Source: Priapulus caudatus
Lineage: Eukaryota
NCBI RefSeq assembly: GCF_000485595.1
Contig: NW_014577083.1
Span: 676,875 to 733,493, forward strand
Reading direction: 5' to 3'
Length of the DNA stretch: 56,619 nucleotides
Shown: one piece after another, positions 11,409 through 26,060 of the stretch
How positions within the stretch are numbered: the stretch's first letter is position 1
Layout: each line of letters starts with the position of its first letter
Notes under the pieces: model-generated
What the model was told of the DNA's origin: nothing
The model's input: only the letters and a program-made list of their open reading frames with translations
The model's database searches: none
Position numbers and translations under genes: made by a program

Positions 11409-12192
11409 TGTGTGTGTGTGTGTGTGTTGTGTGTGTGGGTGTGGTGCGTGTGTGTTGCTGCAGTGCAGACACGCCTGGTCGCAGAAACACGAACCTCAAG
11501 CAAATCAATACTTTGCCAAATCATCAAAGGTTATTAAGTCTCTTCGAAAGCGAATCGATATACGACTCTCGCGTGCAGGACGACACTGCCCCTTTAGCTT
11601 GAATAACAGCCCGCGCGTCTCCATCGCAAATTTCATCAATGGATGCCGCATCCTTTGCTGCCTCCGCTACTGCAGTGTTCCTGTTTGTTGTTACAATGTA
11701 TATTCATCACGCGCGTCCGGCCAACGTGTTACCGCATATCAAACCCAACGTGTAACTATAGACAGCGACTTTTGCTGTACGCTCACGACAACATATGACA
11801 CTCGGAGACACGATGCGAATAATTCGCGATTCACCCAGAAAGCGCGCTTAAAACGCGCTTGCTAATTCACGATGGGAGCTGCTAATAATATATTAATCAA
11901 TAGCTAATAAAAACCGCTTAATTTACTTACTCTTGATTTTATTTATAACTATTACTAGCTATTTATTACTCTTGATGTAATAGCATTGGATTTTGCTCTG
12001 CCTGCATTATGGCGTGGTGTATGCCACGCGTTAGCTCTCAGGAACAGGCACATGTGGCCGAGCGAAGAGCTATAGTTTCTAAGATAGGTCCGCGGTGTGC
12101 GCTCCACGCTTGCGTGTGGGTAACAGGTAGCCGCGTGTGGCGTACATGCACACGCCATCAACTACCGTGCACCACGCGCTAGTAGAAGCTAT

Positions 12193-12250
<58 letters not shown>

Positions 12251-12433
12251 GCGACCTTGGCGTGTGCCTCGGCGCGCCGCGCCCTGCACTCGGTTGGCGT
12301 TGTTTTACACGTACTGTGATGACGAGTGTGTCAATGAGCGGCGGCCGCGACTGCTAGCCCCCGTGCTACGCTCCTTGCCTGCTGCATTCCGCGCGGCTGT
12401 GTTTACCGCCCTTACACCTTGTGTGTGTGTGTG

Positions 12434-12464
<31 letters not shown>

Positions 12465-12487
12465 GTGTGTGTGTGTGTGTATGTTGT

Positions 12488-12533
<46 letters not shown>

Positions 12534-12598
12534 TGTGTGTGTGGGGGTGTGTGTGGTGTGTGTGGTGTGTGTCTGTTGTGTGTGTGTGTGTGTTGTGT

Positions 12599-12666
<68 letters not shown>

Positions 12667-13560
12667 CCGCTGACGTGTATACGCTCTTCCAACATCGAGC
12701 GTGTGTATATATATATATCGACCGTACAAACACGCAGATATCTGCCTGTACTTCCTGGTGGGTAGAGACGATGAGACGAGCTTACCGTGGCGTTCCGCGC
12801 ACGCCACATATCAGATATTCCACCGCCGTACGATCGCTGCCGTGCATGCGTAATAGATGGGCGGGGCTCCTCCATGCACATCTCGGAAGCATGATTCATG
12901 CCTTCCCTCCCACCCCGAAGCTCCCCGCATGAGAGAAAAACTATAGTGACGTAATACGTTCGGTGTATATAGCCATACCGGCGCTTTCCTCCCCGTCGCA
13001 CGGGAATCCCTTCGAGGCACGGAGGCTATGATATCTTACTTGGAGTAGCTGTAGCGATGTAAAAACACACGCAGCATTCAGAATGAAACAAATTGAATCG
13101 ACGAACACAGCGATGAACGAGCGACTAATCCTCGCGCGCAAACAAGACGAGTGAATGAGAGAGAATAGATATGCACGGTGTACAGCCAATTGTAGAGTTA
13201 ATTCGTAAACATTACCGCGTTATGCAAGAGTTATGCTAGCTCCCGAACGCGCGAAGACAAAGTTTAGAGGAATACTAGTACATATAACTCGCAGGTATTT
13301 ACAACTCACCTCAACTATATATATATATATATGGCTGTGTGTGCGCGGTGTGTGCGTCTGCGGCCGTTGGCGTGCTCCGCCGCCTCGTGCGTGCGTGTGG
13401 GCGCTGTGTGTGCACGTGGCGTGTGTGTGCGTGTGCGTTGGGCGTGTGTGGTGTGTGTCAGTGTGTGTGTGTGTGCTCGTGTGTGTGTGTGTGCTGTGGG
13501 GTGTGCGTGTGCGGTGGTGTGCGTGTGCGTGTGAATGTGTGCGCCTGTAGCGTGTGTGTA
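11285..13560. repeat. Cluster of (TG)n tracts (11285-11455, 12420-12665, 13335-13560) and (TA)n (12190-12250)
   Basis: Direct observation. Confidence 0.9.
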
Positions 13561-14790
13561 TGTATTAGGCGTTCACGCAGATAGGAATCATATTGGGCGG
13601 GTGCTTCTGTTCCGATATGGTTTACCTATGTCTGTTCACAGGGGGTTTATAGCCATTGGGATGTCCATAGTATGGGCGCAGCAATTCACGCGCGAGATAT
13701 AAGGTAGGTGGCTATTCAGCGTTAGTATTTAGGATCGAGTAGTCTACTCTATCCCACGGGTGCAAGAGTTGGTTTGCCTTAGTTGCCATGTGCATATTTG
13801 CATACATACTTACTCGTATGATAGGGATACTGATCATAATTCTAACAAGGGGGGGGTCACACTGTCTCTCGGAATCTGCTAGCGTGATCAGCGAGTGCGT
13901 GAGAAACCGCATGAGGCTGCTCTATAGGTGAAAAGTAGCGTGAGGAATCGTTTGCCCACCGCTGTCAAATAAACGGCGGGGGCCGAAATGCTGCGAGCGA
14001 GAAGGAAACGCGTGTATCGTCACCGATCCCCGCACAAGGCCTATACTTCGCGCGCGTCTGCAAGCCTAAATGTTTCTGTTACACGCATTTTCACGATAGT
14101 GTAGCCGGCGCCCGGCCCGCACGATCTCTCTCGTACGCCTATATGCAATGTCGATGCGGTATAGTATATCGTTATTATCCTCATGAATTAGCCCTCAAAG
14201 GCGAAGCAGCAGAAAAACACACGTGCATCAACCATGGTCAAATTAATCGGCGCTGCAACATTGCTGATTTCAGCAATTGCTGGCCCGGGGTGATTACGGG
14301 CATACCGCATTGGCCGTAGACGCCTCTCCATAATTCGGCTGCCTTTCGCCCGCACGTTCTGCCGCCGCGCGACGCACCACGCCTGCCAAGAGCGTCGCAC
14401 GCGCGCGCGTTGTCGATCGAACGCGCGCCGGCGGCAGTCTACGTCGCCTGCGCTTCTTGACATGCCGCGGGACTCACAGCGGTTGTTCGTCATCCCTTTC
14501 ACGCCCCGGATCTTTGGCGTAACGACATCTTGGTGTTGAGCAAACAGGCAGCAGCATGACAGCCACGCGACTATACGTGGGAGGCGCGGGGGAAGGAAGC
14601 CACCGAGCGGTTAACGGGGTGGAGAAGATGGTGAGTGAGCGGAAGCAAAATAGAGAGAGATAATAGAACAGACGAGTTAACGCATGAGAGAGAAAGAAAA
14701 GAGGAAAAGGAGAGGGACATGATACGAGCGCGAGAAATCGAAAAGCAAGCCAGAGGAAGAGCGACGAGAGAGAGGCAGAAGCAGAGAAAG

Positions 14791-14822
<32 letters not shown>

Positions 14823-15370
14823 AAAGAGAGCGAGAGAAGAGAAGGGCAAGAAGAGAGGAGAAAGAGAAGAAGGAGAGGGGAGTGGCGGAAGATGAAGGAG
14901 AGAGAGAGAGGAGTGACGTGAGCGAATAAGAGATACTAAAGAGATAAAAAAAGGATAAAAAAAATAGAGATACTAAGTGTGTTCACGTGCATGTGTGTGT
15001 GGAATGTATGTGTGGAGGGGGCGAGAGGGTTCTCTCAGGAGTCTCTCTCACAATTAATTAACAGTGAAATCAGTGGCGCTCGGCTGCGCCCTCTGTTCAA
15101 GCGTAGTAGACAAGCGAAGATGACAATCAACCCGAGCGAACAGCTCGTCCCAGGAGTCTGCTCTCGCCCCGAATGCCTTCTGATAGGCCGCTGCGATGAA
15201 AAATGATGATTAGGCGTACACGCGATGTCAAGCACGACGAATGTGCGTCTAGAGCGCGTCGCTTTAATGGATCGAACCGGGCGGAACACGCCCGCGGCCA
15301 TAATCACGACCTTAACCTCACGTGCGATTCCGTCCGCAGTATTGTTGGTGGGTTACTTCGCCGGGCGACG

Positions 15371-15415
<45 letters not shown>

Positions 15416-15789
15416 GAGAGGAGAAGAGAGAGAAGAGAGCGGCGCGCAGCGAGAGCGAGAAAGAGAGAGAGAGAGAGCGAAACGAGAGAGAGGCGAGCGA
15501 GAAGAGAGAGAGAGAGAGAGGAGCGAGAGAGAGAGAGAGAGAGAAAAGTAGAGAGGAGAGAGAGAGATTTAGCGCGATGGGGTGCACACGGATTGGTGGG
15601 TGATGAAGAGCGTCTTGTGGGCGTGTGTTTAATTAATAGAATGGCGATGGTGTGAAGATGGTAACAGGTTACTTCGAACAATCAGAGTGAAGGTGTGTGC
15701 GCGATGGGCCTATTATGAAAACGTAAGGCTCGTGTGGCTTGTTTGCGTGTGGACGTTATGCGTGTGTTCGTGCGTGCGTGTATACGTAT

Positions 15790-17920
15790 GTTGTTATGTT
15801 TGGAGGTGCGTGTGTTGTTTAATGTTTGGAAGGTGCGTGTGGTTGTTTAGTTTAGAGGTGCGTGTGTTGTTTTATGTTTAGAGGTGCGTGTGTTAGTTTA
15901 TGTTTAGAGTGCGTGTGGTTGTTTATGTTTAGAGGTGGCGTGTGGTTGTCTTATATGTTGGAGGTGCGTGTGTTGTTTATGTTTGGAGTTGCGTGTGTTG
16001 TTGTATGTTTCAGTGCGTGGGTTGTTTTATGGTTTGGAGTTGCGTGTGTGTTTATGTTTGGAGTTGCGTGTGTTGTTTATATTTGAGAGGTGCGTGTGTT
16101 TGTTTATGTTTACAGGTGCGTGTGTTGTTTATGTTTGGCAGTTGCGTGTGTTGTTTATATGTTTGGAGTTGTGTGTGTTTATATGTTTGGAGTTGGGTGT
16201 TTGTTTATGTTTAGAGGTCGTGTGTTGTTTATGTTTGGAGGTGCGTGTGTTGTTATGTTTGGAGGTGCGTGTGTTGTTTATGTTTAGAGGTGCGTGTGTT
16301 GTTTATGTTTAGAGGTGCGTGTGTTGTTTATATGTTGGAGTTGGGTGTGTTGTTTATATGTTTGGAGTTGGGTGTGTTGTTTTATGTTGGAGTGGGTGTG
16401 TGTTTCATGGTTTGAGAGGTGCCGTGTGTTTGTTATGTTTTGCGAGGTGCGTGTGTTGTTTTATGTTTGGAGTTGGCGTGTGTTGTTTTATATGTTTGGA
16501 GTTTTTTTTGCGTGTAATGTTTGAACTATGTCTTGGAGTGCGTGTGTTGTTTATATGTTTGGAGTTGCGTGTGTTGTTTATATGTTTGGAGGTTGGGTGT
16601 GTTGTTTATATGTTTGGAGGTGGCGTGTGTTGTTTTTATATGTTTGGAGTTGCGTGTGCTTGTTTTATATGTTTGGAGGTGCGTGGTTGTTTTATATGTT
16701 TGGGTTGGAGTGTTAATGTTTATATGTTTGGACGCTGGCGTGTGTTGTTTTTAATGTTTGGAGGGCTGCGTGTGTTGTTTATATGTTGGAGTTGCGTGTT
16801 GTTGTTTATATGTTTGGAGTGTGCGTGTGGTTGTTTATATGTTGGAGTTGAGGTGTGTTGTTTATATGTTTGGAGTTTGCGTGTGTCTTTTTATATGTTT
16901 GGAGTTGGGTGTGTTGTTTATCTGTTTGGAGTTGCGTGTGTTGTTTATAGTTTGGAGTTGCGTGTGTTGTTATAAATGTTTGAGTTGCGTGTGTTGTTTA
17001 TATGTTTTGGAGTTGCGTGTGTTGTTATATGTTTTGAGTTGCGTGTGTGTTTAATATGTTTGAGTTGCGTGTGTTGTTTATTGTTTTGGAAGGTGGCGTG
17101 TGTTGTTTATATGTTTTGAGATTGCGGTGTGTCTGTTATAATGTTTGGAGGTGGCGTGTGTTGTTTATGTGTTTGAGTTTGGGGTGTGTTGTTTAGATGT
17201 TTGGACGTTGCCGTGTAATGTTTATGATGTTTGGAGTTGCGTGTGTTTTTATATGTTGGAGTTGCGTGTGATGTTTTGTTTAGAGGTTGCGTGGTGTTGT
17301 ATTTTATGTTTGGAGTTGGGTGTGTTGTTTATATGTTTAGAGTTGGGCGTGTGTTGTTGTATATGTTTGGAGTGGCGTGTGTTGTTTATGTTTCAGAGAT
17401 GCGCGTTGTGTTGTTTATGTTTAGAGGTGCGTGTGTTGTTTATATGTTTAGAGTTGCGTGTGTTTGTTATATGTTTGGAGTTGCGTGTGTTTGTTTTATA
17501 TGTTTGGAGTTGCGTTGTGTTGTTAATGTTTATATGTTTGAAGCTGCGTGTGTTGTTTATATGTTTGGAGTTGCGTGTGTTGTTTATATGTTTGGAGTTG
17601 CGTGTGTTGTTTATATGTTTGGAGTTGCGTGTGTTGTTTATATGTTTGGAGGTGCGTGTGTTGTTTATATGTTTGGAGTTGCGTGTGTTGTTTATATGTT
17701 TGGAGGTGCCTGTGTTGTTTATATGTTTGGAGGTGCGTGTGTTGTTTATAAGTTTGGAGTTGCGTGTGTTGTTTATATGTTTGGAGTTGCGTGTGTTGTT
17801 TATATGTTTGGAGTTGCGTGTGTTGTTTATATGTTTGGAGTTGCGTGTGTTGTTTATATGTTTGGAGTTGGGTGTGTTCCTGCGTCGTGTACGTGCGTTG
17901 GTTATGTTTAGAGGTGCGTG
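15790..17920. repeat. 25/27-bp GT-rich minisatellite (GAGTTGCGTGTGTTGTTTATATGTTTG)
   Basis: Clean 27-bp units at about 17530-17870 (ELRVLFICL repeat); indel-rich units to the left, with a 25-bp variant near the start. Confidence 0.95.
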
Positions 17921-19580
17921 TGTTCGTTCGTGCGTGCGCGCGTGCATACGTTAACGCCTGCGTAAGGGGTGGTCTCTCTCTCGACGACGTCTCCCACACT
18001 GGCCAACACAGCATGTAGATAACATGGCTAATCAAACACTGAATTATTTATAAAGGAGTCGTCTAGCTCATCACGGATTCAGTTGTCTGATATTACAGAA
18101 AAAACGTCGCTCGCGTCGACTCGTGGCACCGTCGGCGAAATTGTGAACCGTATGAATTTGCGCGCGGTGCCCCCACACTGCTGCTGCTGCTGTCGGCTCA
18201 TCTAGAGAGGAGCGGTGAGGCAGTCATGCAACGCCGCGCCACCGCCACCATCTACGTTTCAACGGCGCGTCTAAATCAATATCGTGCTGAAAATTGTACC
18301 TATTATAACATCGCCAGAAAATATTCAGTGTGTACGCAATTACGTCGTATTATCATGGCAGCTACGCGCGCTTAAAGTTTCAGAGCGATCCCCCAACTGC
18401 GTGAGTACGCGCGTGTACGTATACGTTTGCGTGAACGTATATGTACGTGCGTGTGTGCGTGTGCGTTTGCGTGTGCGTTTTCGTGCGCGTGTGTCTGTGC
18501 GTGTGTGTGCGCGCACGTGTGAGAGGGCATGTGTGCGTCAGGGTGTGCGCGCGCGCGTGCGTGCGCGTGGGTGGGAGCTGTAACAGCTGTTATTGCAGCT
18601 CTACCACAGAGCACCGATTGTGTCGCGCGGCCGTTGCGACCAGGTATGGTGGCCGTGCATCGCTCCCAGCCCAGCTCGCTGTTCCCGAGGCTTTGTGTTG
18701 CCGTCGTTAGTCCGTCGTTTGGCTGTTATGGCCGGTTATAAACCGTTTGTTATTAATAGCATTAAAATACACACACGGCCCGCCGGAACTTCAAAAGTCC
18801 CGTCCTCGTTTTGAATGATAGGACGATGTGCTGTGATGACCGGGGTGCGAATGCCGATGTACAGTGAAACATATTGCAGTGGTTAACGTCAACCTGTGCG
18901 CGCATGCATGGGTCTCATCGCTGCAGGGTATATATCAAGGAGCAGCTTCGTGGTCTAACGATTCTCCTGCCGACATGCTGCAGGCATAGGTGGCGTTTCT
19001 TTAGTAACCCGTAGATTTTTATACATGCGATACTAACCCGCAGTCATTGTCATTGTTCAACGCGTTGTACGGCCGTTATTTCATTGAAGAGTAGTAGCTG
19101 ACACTCCCAGACTCTTTATGTGCTATTCTTTGCCTCTCTTACAAACATCATTGTTGCGTATTGTCGATTTGGTATCCTATCAATTATATGCGACTCCCGA
19201 TAGAATGTATCAACGGCAATTGAATTTTGTTAAATATGAAATTGTTTAGTTGGCATCGATGTTAGCGCCGAGTCGAAACAGTAAATCATGCTGCGTGCGT
19301 ATACCTTCCCCTCCATTCACACGTTAACCACACGCGCAGCGCGTAGTTAATGCGTTGCTTGCACTGCGCTGTCGACCCGTAACACGTGCACACAATGCGC
19401 AACAAATCCCTCTATTTTGTTCGTTATTCATGGTGTTATTACGGTGAGCCGAAAACTCGACTATTGTGGATAATTTCTCGTTGCAGAACGAGCGAGGGGG
19501 GTTCATGTGCGACGTCCGTGTTTATTAATCGTATGTCCGTGTTATTGTCGATGCTATGCATGGATTCCACGGCCCCGGGC

Positions 19581-19582
<2 letters not shown>

Positions 19583-19663
<81 letters not shown>
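19583..19663. repeat. (AG)n microsatellite
   Basis: Direct observation. Confidence 0.95.
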
Positions 19664-19667
<4 letters not shown>

Positions 19668-20209
19668 GCATCACCTGACCTGATCACGACTACGGATCTA
19701 AAAAACTTATCTAATAATAATTGTTGCGCGCATGCTGTGATAAAATTCTCAACCCATTCCGTCATAGGATAGTCATCAGTCCACACGTATACGTTGCGCG
19801 CGGGTTCGGTCGGTTTTTCACTAGTTACGCGTTACGTGCTACGCGAGATGATATACGACATTATACGTCGCTGCAGGGAACGACGGCACAGCGATTCTAG
19901 ACGCAGTGTTGCGGTCGATATAGCATGCTAACCGCGTGTGCCGCATGATGCGACAGGTCATCATGATTGTACGCGTAAGAAGAGAAACAACAGCGCGTCT
20001 GTTCACAGGGCACACGCGGGTGAGATTTGCCGGCTTTCGCCCTATGAGTACGTTCACGCTAGAGTCCCTTTATGTGTAATATAAAGACAATAATATATAT
20101 AGAGGATCAACTTCTTATATAACGGAACGCGTTGCGTTACTGCACGTAACCACACACGCACGCACGCACGCACACACACACACACAAACACACACAAACA
20201 CACACACAT

Positions 20210-20246
<37 letters not shown>

Positions 20247-22974
20247 AATAGCTGCACACGGCGCCGCGCATGTGACACGATAACGCTAGCTGTGTGATCG
20301 CTTCCCAGTCCCGCCTCCCGTCCAATCGTGTCCCGTACTCCGTACTCCGCAAGCAGGCCTGCGTATCTCTCCCACTCCGGCTTCTCCTGTTCACGGGGGG
20401 CGAGTACACGCTCCCAGGTCATGTGCATGTATTTCGTAGAATCGAGTCGTAGGCAATGAATCGACGTGATATTTCGTATACGATTTTATGTAGATCTTGC
20501 GCGCCAGCTGCGCGCGTGCAATACCGCGAGAGCGAAAGTGATAATAAAACAGGGCCGCGCCTTGCTGCGTTTTTCGTCTTCGTTCGGCAGAATTCGTATA
20601 AATATAAAGCGCGCGTGACTCAACTAACGAATAAAATTAATAAAATTTCGCGTATCCGTTGGCGATATGAGGCGATGCCGCGCCGTCACGCCTTCATAAT
20701 CATAACCTTTAAAATGTAAAAATTCTAATTATTAGAAAACCGGCTAATTCCTTTCAATATGTCTGCAATAAAACGCGTCGGTGTTGACGATGCTGATGAC
20801 GATGATGGTGATGACGACGACGATGATGATGATGTTGAGGAAGATGATGATGACGATGGTATCATTCGTCTGTGACGCAAAGCGATTACGCATGCATACA
20901 TTGTGTCCGGCGACAGCAACTGCGAATGCACCCAGTGCCACAGCTGTCGTGTGTGCAGAAGACAGGCAGTCCTGCGCATAATTTTGGCAAGGCTGGTTTC
21001 TATGTGACAAGGTTTGTGAACGGCGAGGCACAGCGCGACGCTAGTATGTCTTATCAACGTGCGATCAGCTGTATACGACCTAATTTATGCAAGCAGCGAG
21101 CGCTCACGACCGGTGTGATGATGAATGCGACACTAAACGCTGTCATCGGAAAGCGGTCGCCAGCGAAAACACTTTTTCCATTCGTGTGGAAAAAACAACG
21201 ACGCCGATCGCGCGTGAGGGGAGGTCCGTTTATAATTTCGACCGCGCGCGGCGTGTGTGGTGTGTGTGTGTGGTGGTGTAGTGTGGATGTGTGTGTGTGT
21301 GTGTGTGTGTGTGTCGTGTGTGTGGTGTACCAGCGTGCATGCCATGCGTGCATGCGTGCGTGCATGCGTGCGTGCATGCGCATGCATGTGTAATGTGCTT
21401 AACCACATTTCTCTATCTATCTCTACATTTAAAACGCTCCAACGAATATATTATATATATATATGGTGGGTTTGCTTCAGAAGGACTATGAATTATTTAG
21501 ACTCGTGCAACCAAACGTATGTGCGTATTTAACGCGCTCACTTCCTAATGACTGCCATGTAGCTTAATGCCGCTACCAACTATGATAATCAGCCACAGTC
21601 GTACATGTAGGCGTCGCAGCAGTATTAGCAGGCGAATACATCGCAAACTCACTGATGGTGACTGGGAAAACTTGGTTTGAAATGTTTCAAGCTAAACAAA
21701 ATTGTTCTTCGTAATAACGTTTATAATTTGTACACGATTAGAAGCGTTTCGTCATAATTCATGATTACATATTTAAATGAATGTGTATGGTGGGTCAGAT
21801 TTAAGTGTATACGCGGAAATGCATAGTCTGTAATAAAAATGAAAAAATATCAATAATATCATCTTAAAATTTAATGAAATATGGATGCCGCACGCGTCGC
21901 GTTAAAACTATCTATGTGGGTGGTTTTCTTAAAAATGAACGAATAAAGTTAATCACAGTAATTCTGCAAATAGTTAAGAATTTTACGGTCGTCGCGTTTA
22001 AAATGATTTAAGCCGCGCCCAAAGATTTAATTATTTGCATATAGGGCGATAGTTAAACTTCGATTCGTTGACGCGCATGCGACGAGAAAATTTATTCTAA
22101 ATTAAATTATAACGCTGAAAATATATTGGCGATGCTATAATCGTCTCGCGAGAGAGAGAGAGAAGTCGACGAGAGTGTCGAGGAAGCTAGGATGCGATTT
22201 ATATACATGCCAGCGATTTACGACGCGCTCGCAATATTTCTAGTTTATAACGCGAACACGTATTTTGATGCAAATTCACAATCGCGTATATACGACGTTC
22301 TAGAAATCACATTATATGCGAACGAAACGCGTAATTACTCCTGCTGAAACATCTACGCGTACCGTACGCACCCACGCATTACGTATCCTTCTGTGCGTAT
22401 GTTTATTCCGTGAGGGTTACGCGCTTCCGTAAGGGGTGCGTATATTTTTCGTCCAAGACGAGCGTACACTCAGCTATAATAATCGGTGACGGGGATCTAG
22501 ACAGACGCACATAATATTACACGCAGGGGGTGCGCAACCCGATTACCGCTCTCGCGATCTGTTTAGGAAACAAAGCGCTAAGGGCGGACCATTAAATCAC
22601 CTAGCATCCCAATAATCCGAAACCACTTGTCTTGCCGTATAAAATTACGGCCGTATTTGTGTGTCATATTCTACATGACACTCTGGTAATTAATTTTAGC
22701 GTTAACGCGGCAAATTGTTGCTGCCAGCGCCCGCGGCTAGCCGCTCGGATACTGAGGATGCGGACGCTGCATGGGCTTTGTGTGTGCATGCAGCATCCTC
22801 GCGCGCATTCGTCGATGCCAAGCCAGTGAGCAATGCGGTAATATAGTACGTTATATATGTACACACGCGCGGCGCGGAAGCAGTAGTTGATCTGTATTTA
22901 ATTACATCATATATCACACAGAGACGATCTATAATGAGTTCAGAGATTATACGTGGAACGATATACATAAATAT

Positions 22975-22980
22975 ATACAT

Positions 22981-23043
<63 letters not shown>

Positions 23044-23171
23044 CACACCAACACCAAACAACCCACACACACACACCACACACACAACACAACACACACA
23101 CACACACACACACACCACACCACACAACACACACACAAACACACACACACACACACACACACAACACACAC

Positions 23172-23208
<37 letters not shown>

Positions 23209-23216
23209 ACACACAC

Positions 23217-23264
<48 letters not shown>

Positions 23265-23416
23265 CTTGAGTATTACATGTATACTTATATATATAAATAC
23301 ATATGTATGATATAAGCGTAAGCATACATACATACATACATACATACATACATAGGCATACATACATACACACACACATCACACACACACAACACACACA
23401 CACACACACACACACA

Positions 23417-23460
<44 letters not shown>

Positions 23461-23716
23461 CATACATATCATACATACATACATACATACATACATACAC
23501 ACATACATACATACATACATACATACATACATACATACATACATACATACATACATACATACATACATACATACATACATACATACATACATACATACAT
23601 ACATACATACATACATACATACATACATACATACATACATACATACAGGCAGACAGACAGGCACGCACGCACGCCCGCACGCACGCACACACACACTCAC
23701 ACACTCGCACACGCAC
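22975..23716. repeat. Compound microsatellite (CA)n-(TA)n-(TACA)n
   Basis: Direct observation. Confidence 0.95.
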
Positions 23717-24551
23717 AATTGTGGTCCAATTTCGAGAGAATTATGAATATTTATCGGAATATAAATGTATCATAATACACAAGCATGCGAGACGATAATA
23801 ACCCACAATATAGCGCTGTAAGATTGCAATATGCGCTATATATATATATATTCCATACTGATGGCTCCAACAAATGTTGCGTCAAACTTCAACGAAGTAA
23901 TTTAGTGTCTTTGTCGTGGGGTAGGTCTGTGAATGTTCCAGGCGCTCGGTTCTATAATTACACATATAGTGACGCCGAGCAAACAATTTTACTCGCATTT
24001 CATGAATTAAATATTTAGAAATATTTTTGCATGGCAGTGTATTTGCCGTCCTGACATTATTTGATCGACTGGCAAAGTAGAATTAGTTGAAGTGAGTTAA
24101 AGTAACACCGACTAGTTATTTGTCAATGCAGATTGCCACGCATTTAATGCTCTTTACGGGGTTTCTCTCAACCCGGCGGCGAATTGAAACTAAATAAATG
24201 TCCTAATTTATACAAATACTTGCTCGCGTTTCAATAAATTAGCAGGCGTGTTCGACCCACAAGCGACGCGTGATTGTGTAACTGCACTCGCCAGGCTTCG
24301 TGAAATAAATATATAAAGTGTCGCACTGATATGCTTATACTACTGGGTGAGTATGTCGATGCGTATACATGTGTGCGTGCGTGCGAAATGGAGAAAGCGG
24401 GGTGGGGGTGTGCGCACGTGCGCGTGTTTGTTTTTTGTTTATTTATTTGCGTTTGTCTGTCTGTCCGTCCCTCTGTCTGTTTGTCTGTCTATTTGTCTCT
24501 CTGCCTACCTGTCTGCCTCCCCCATCTCTCTCACTCTCTATGTGTGTACGC

Positions 24552-24605
<54 letters not shown>

Positions 24606-25129
24606 TTGTTTGTGTGTGCGTATATATGTGTTTCCGAGCGTGTGCATGTGCGCGTGCAGGTGTGCGTGCGTGCATGTGCGCGCGTGTACGTACACTCACA
24701 GCGCTCGCTCGCTGATGCACACTGCGTCCTCTGCACACACGCACGCCGCTGTAACACGTCTCGTTTTTCTCTTCTCCTATTTCAGCGCAGTCACTTTTAT
24801 TCGCGCCCAACGACTGCCACGTAATTACGTTGCGAATTCTCTCCACAGGGATTCGAGAGGCCAGCCTCACATTGGTGGCCTATTTTCGGGTGATTTTAGC
24901 AGATACCGCCGTGGGCGGTCATTCGCTACAACAGGAACGAACTCATCTCCTATCTATTACCCAACAATGCTTGATTGGCTGCTACTGCGACAGAAGTAGG
25001 TTGAAGCCAATGAACTGTCGTCAGGCAACTAGGCGATGGCAAAATCACCGAGTCGACGTGGTTTTTTTCATGCATATCGCTAATGAAAAGATAGTCAACG
25101 TTGCCGATGTGTTATAATTAACGCGAGTA

Positions 25130-25165
<36 letters not shown>

Positions 25166-26011
25166 ATTATTAGATACATGTTGTTTTAACTCATATCAAC
25201 GTTAGATGTTTAGTGTTAATAATCGTGGCAGCGAGCGGTACGCATTAATATCGTACTTTAACGCAGGCTTGCTTGCATTCACTTCTACCAGGCACTACGG
25301 CAAGGATGGCCAAGGGCCGGTGCCATGTCTTACACGGCCATACACGTTCGCAATGCCTGATGGACGCCGTAAACTGGTTTGTTGTTTTATAAACGGAAAA
25401 CCAGAAAAACCTCAATCTCTCACGATCTCTCGCGCAGCCACTAACACCCGTAAGTCCTTGAGAAAATACACGGGCGAGTGCAACTAAAATAATAGGCCTG
25501 ACAGCTCATCGTTAGACGTTGTTTGTGAAAGCGTTTGAAATCTATGTGCGTACAGCGCGTAGCATGTAGATATTTAATCGCCCCTGTCATCGGTGCTGCT
25601 TTAAATGTAGGGACTGCACTCGTAGTAATAAGGTTGTAATTTGTTTGAAATAGCAGCTGGCGCATCACTGTGAAATATTTGTAATATATTTCCGATAGGC
25701 ATTATGCATTATTCTGATGAGGATATTACAGTTTATACGGTCGCCTGATTCACGTTAGCGTAGCACACGTCGTACATAATACCAGCTTAGAATCTGTAAA
25801 TAAAATTGTAAATATATAACCGTGATTTTTTTTCATAAACCAGAGCTGAAAGTCATGGTTAACCGTTGTTAATGAGTTGGGCTGTGTTAGCAATACTATT
25901 TTTACATTTGTTTCTATTTTAAAGTGTTTGTTAGTAAACCTAAATATACACCCAACGAATGTGCAGTACGCTTATCTGACGAATAGAGATGGAGAGAATC
26001 AATTCGCTTAT

Positions 26012-26060
<49 letters not shown>

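Noticed and set aside
4421..18035. Many Cys/Val/Leu-rich ORFs, including the ELRVLFICL repeat ORF at 17145-17954
   Set aside because: Translations of the 27-bp minisatellite and (TG)n tracts; frames are not preserved between the two copies.
20781..20860. Acidic or Ser-rich coding-like (GAT/GAC)n tract, and (CAT)n at 11063-11114
   Set aside because: Degenerate trinucleotide repeats with no supported exon structure.
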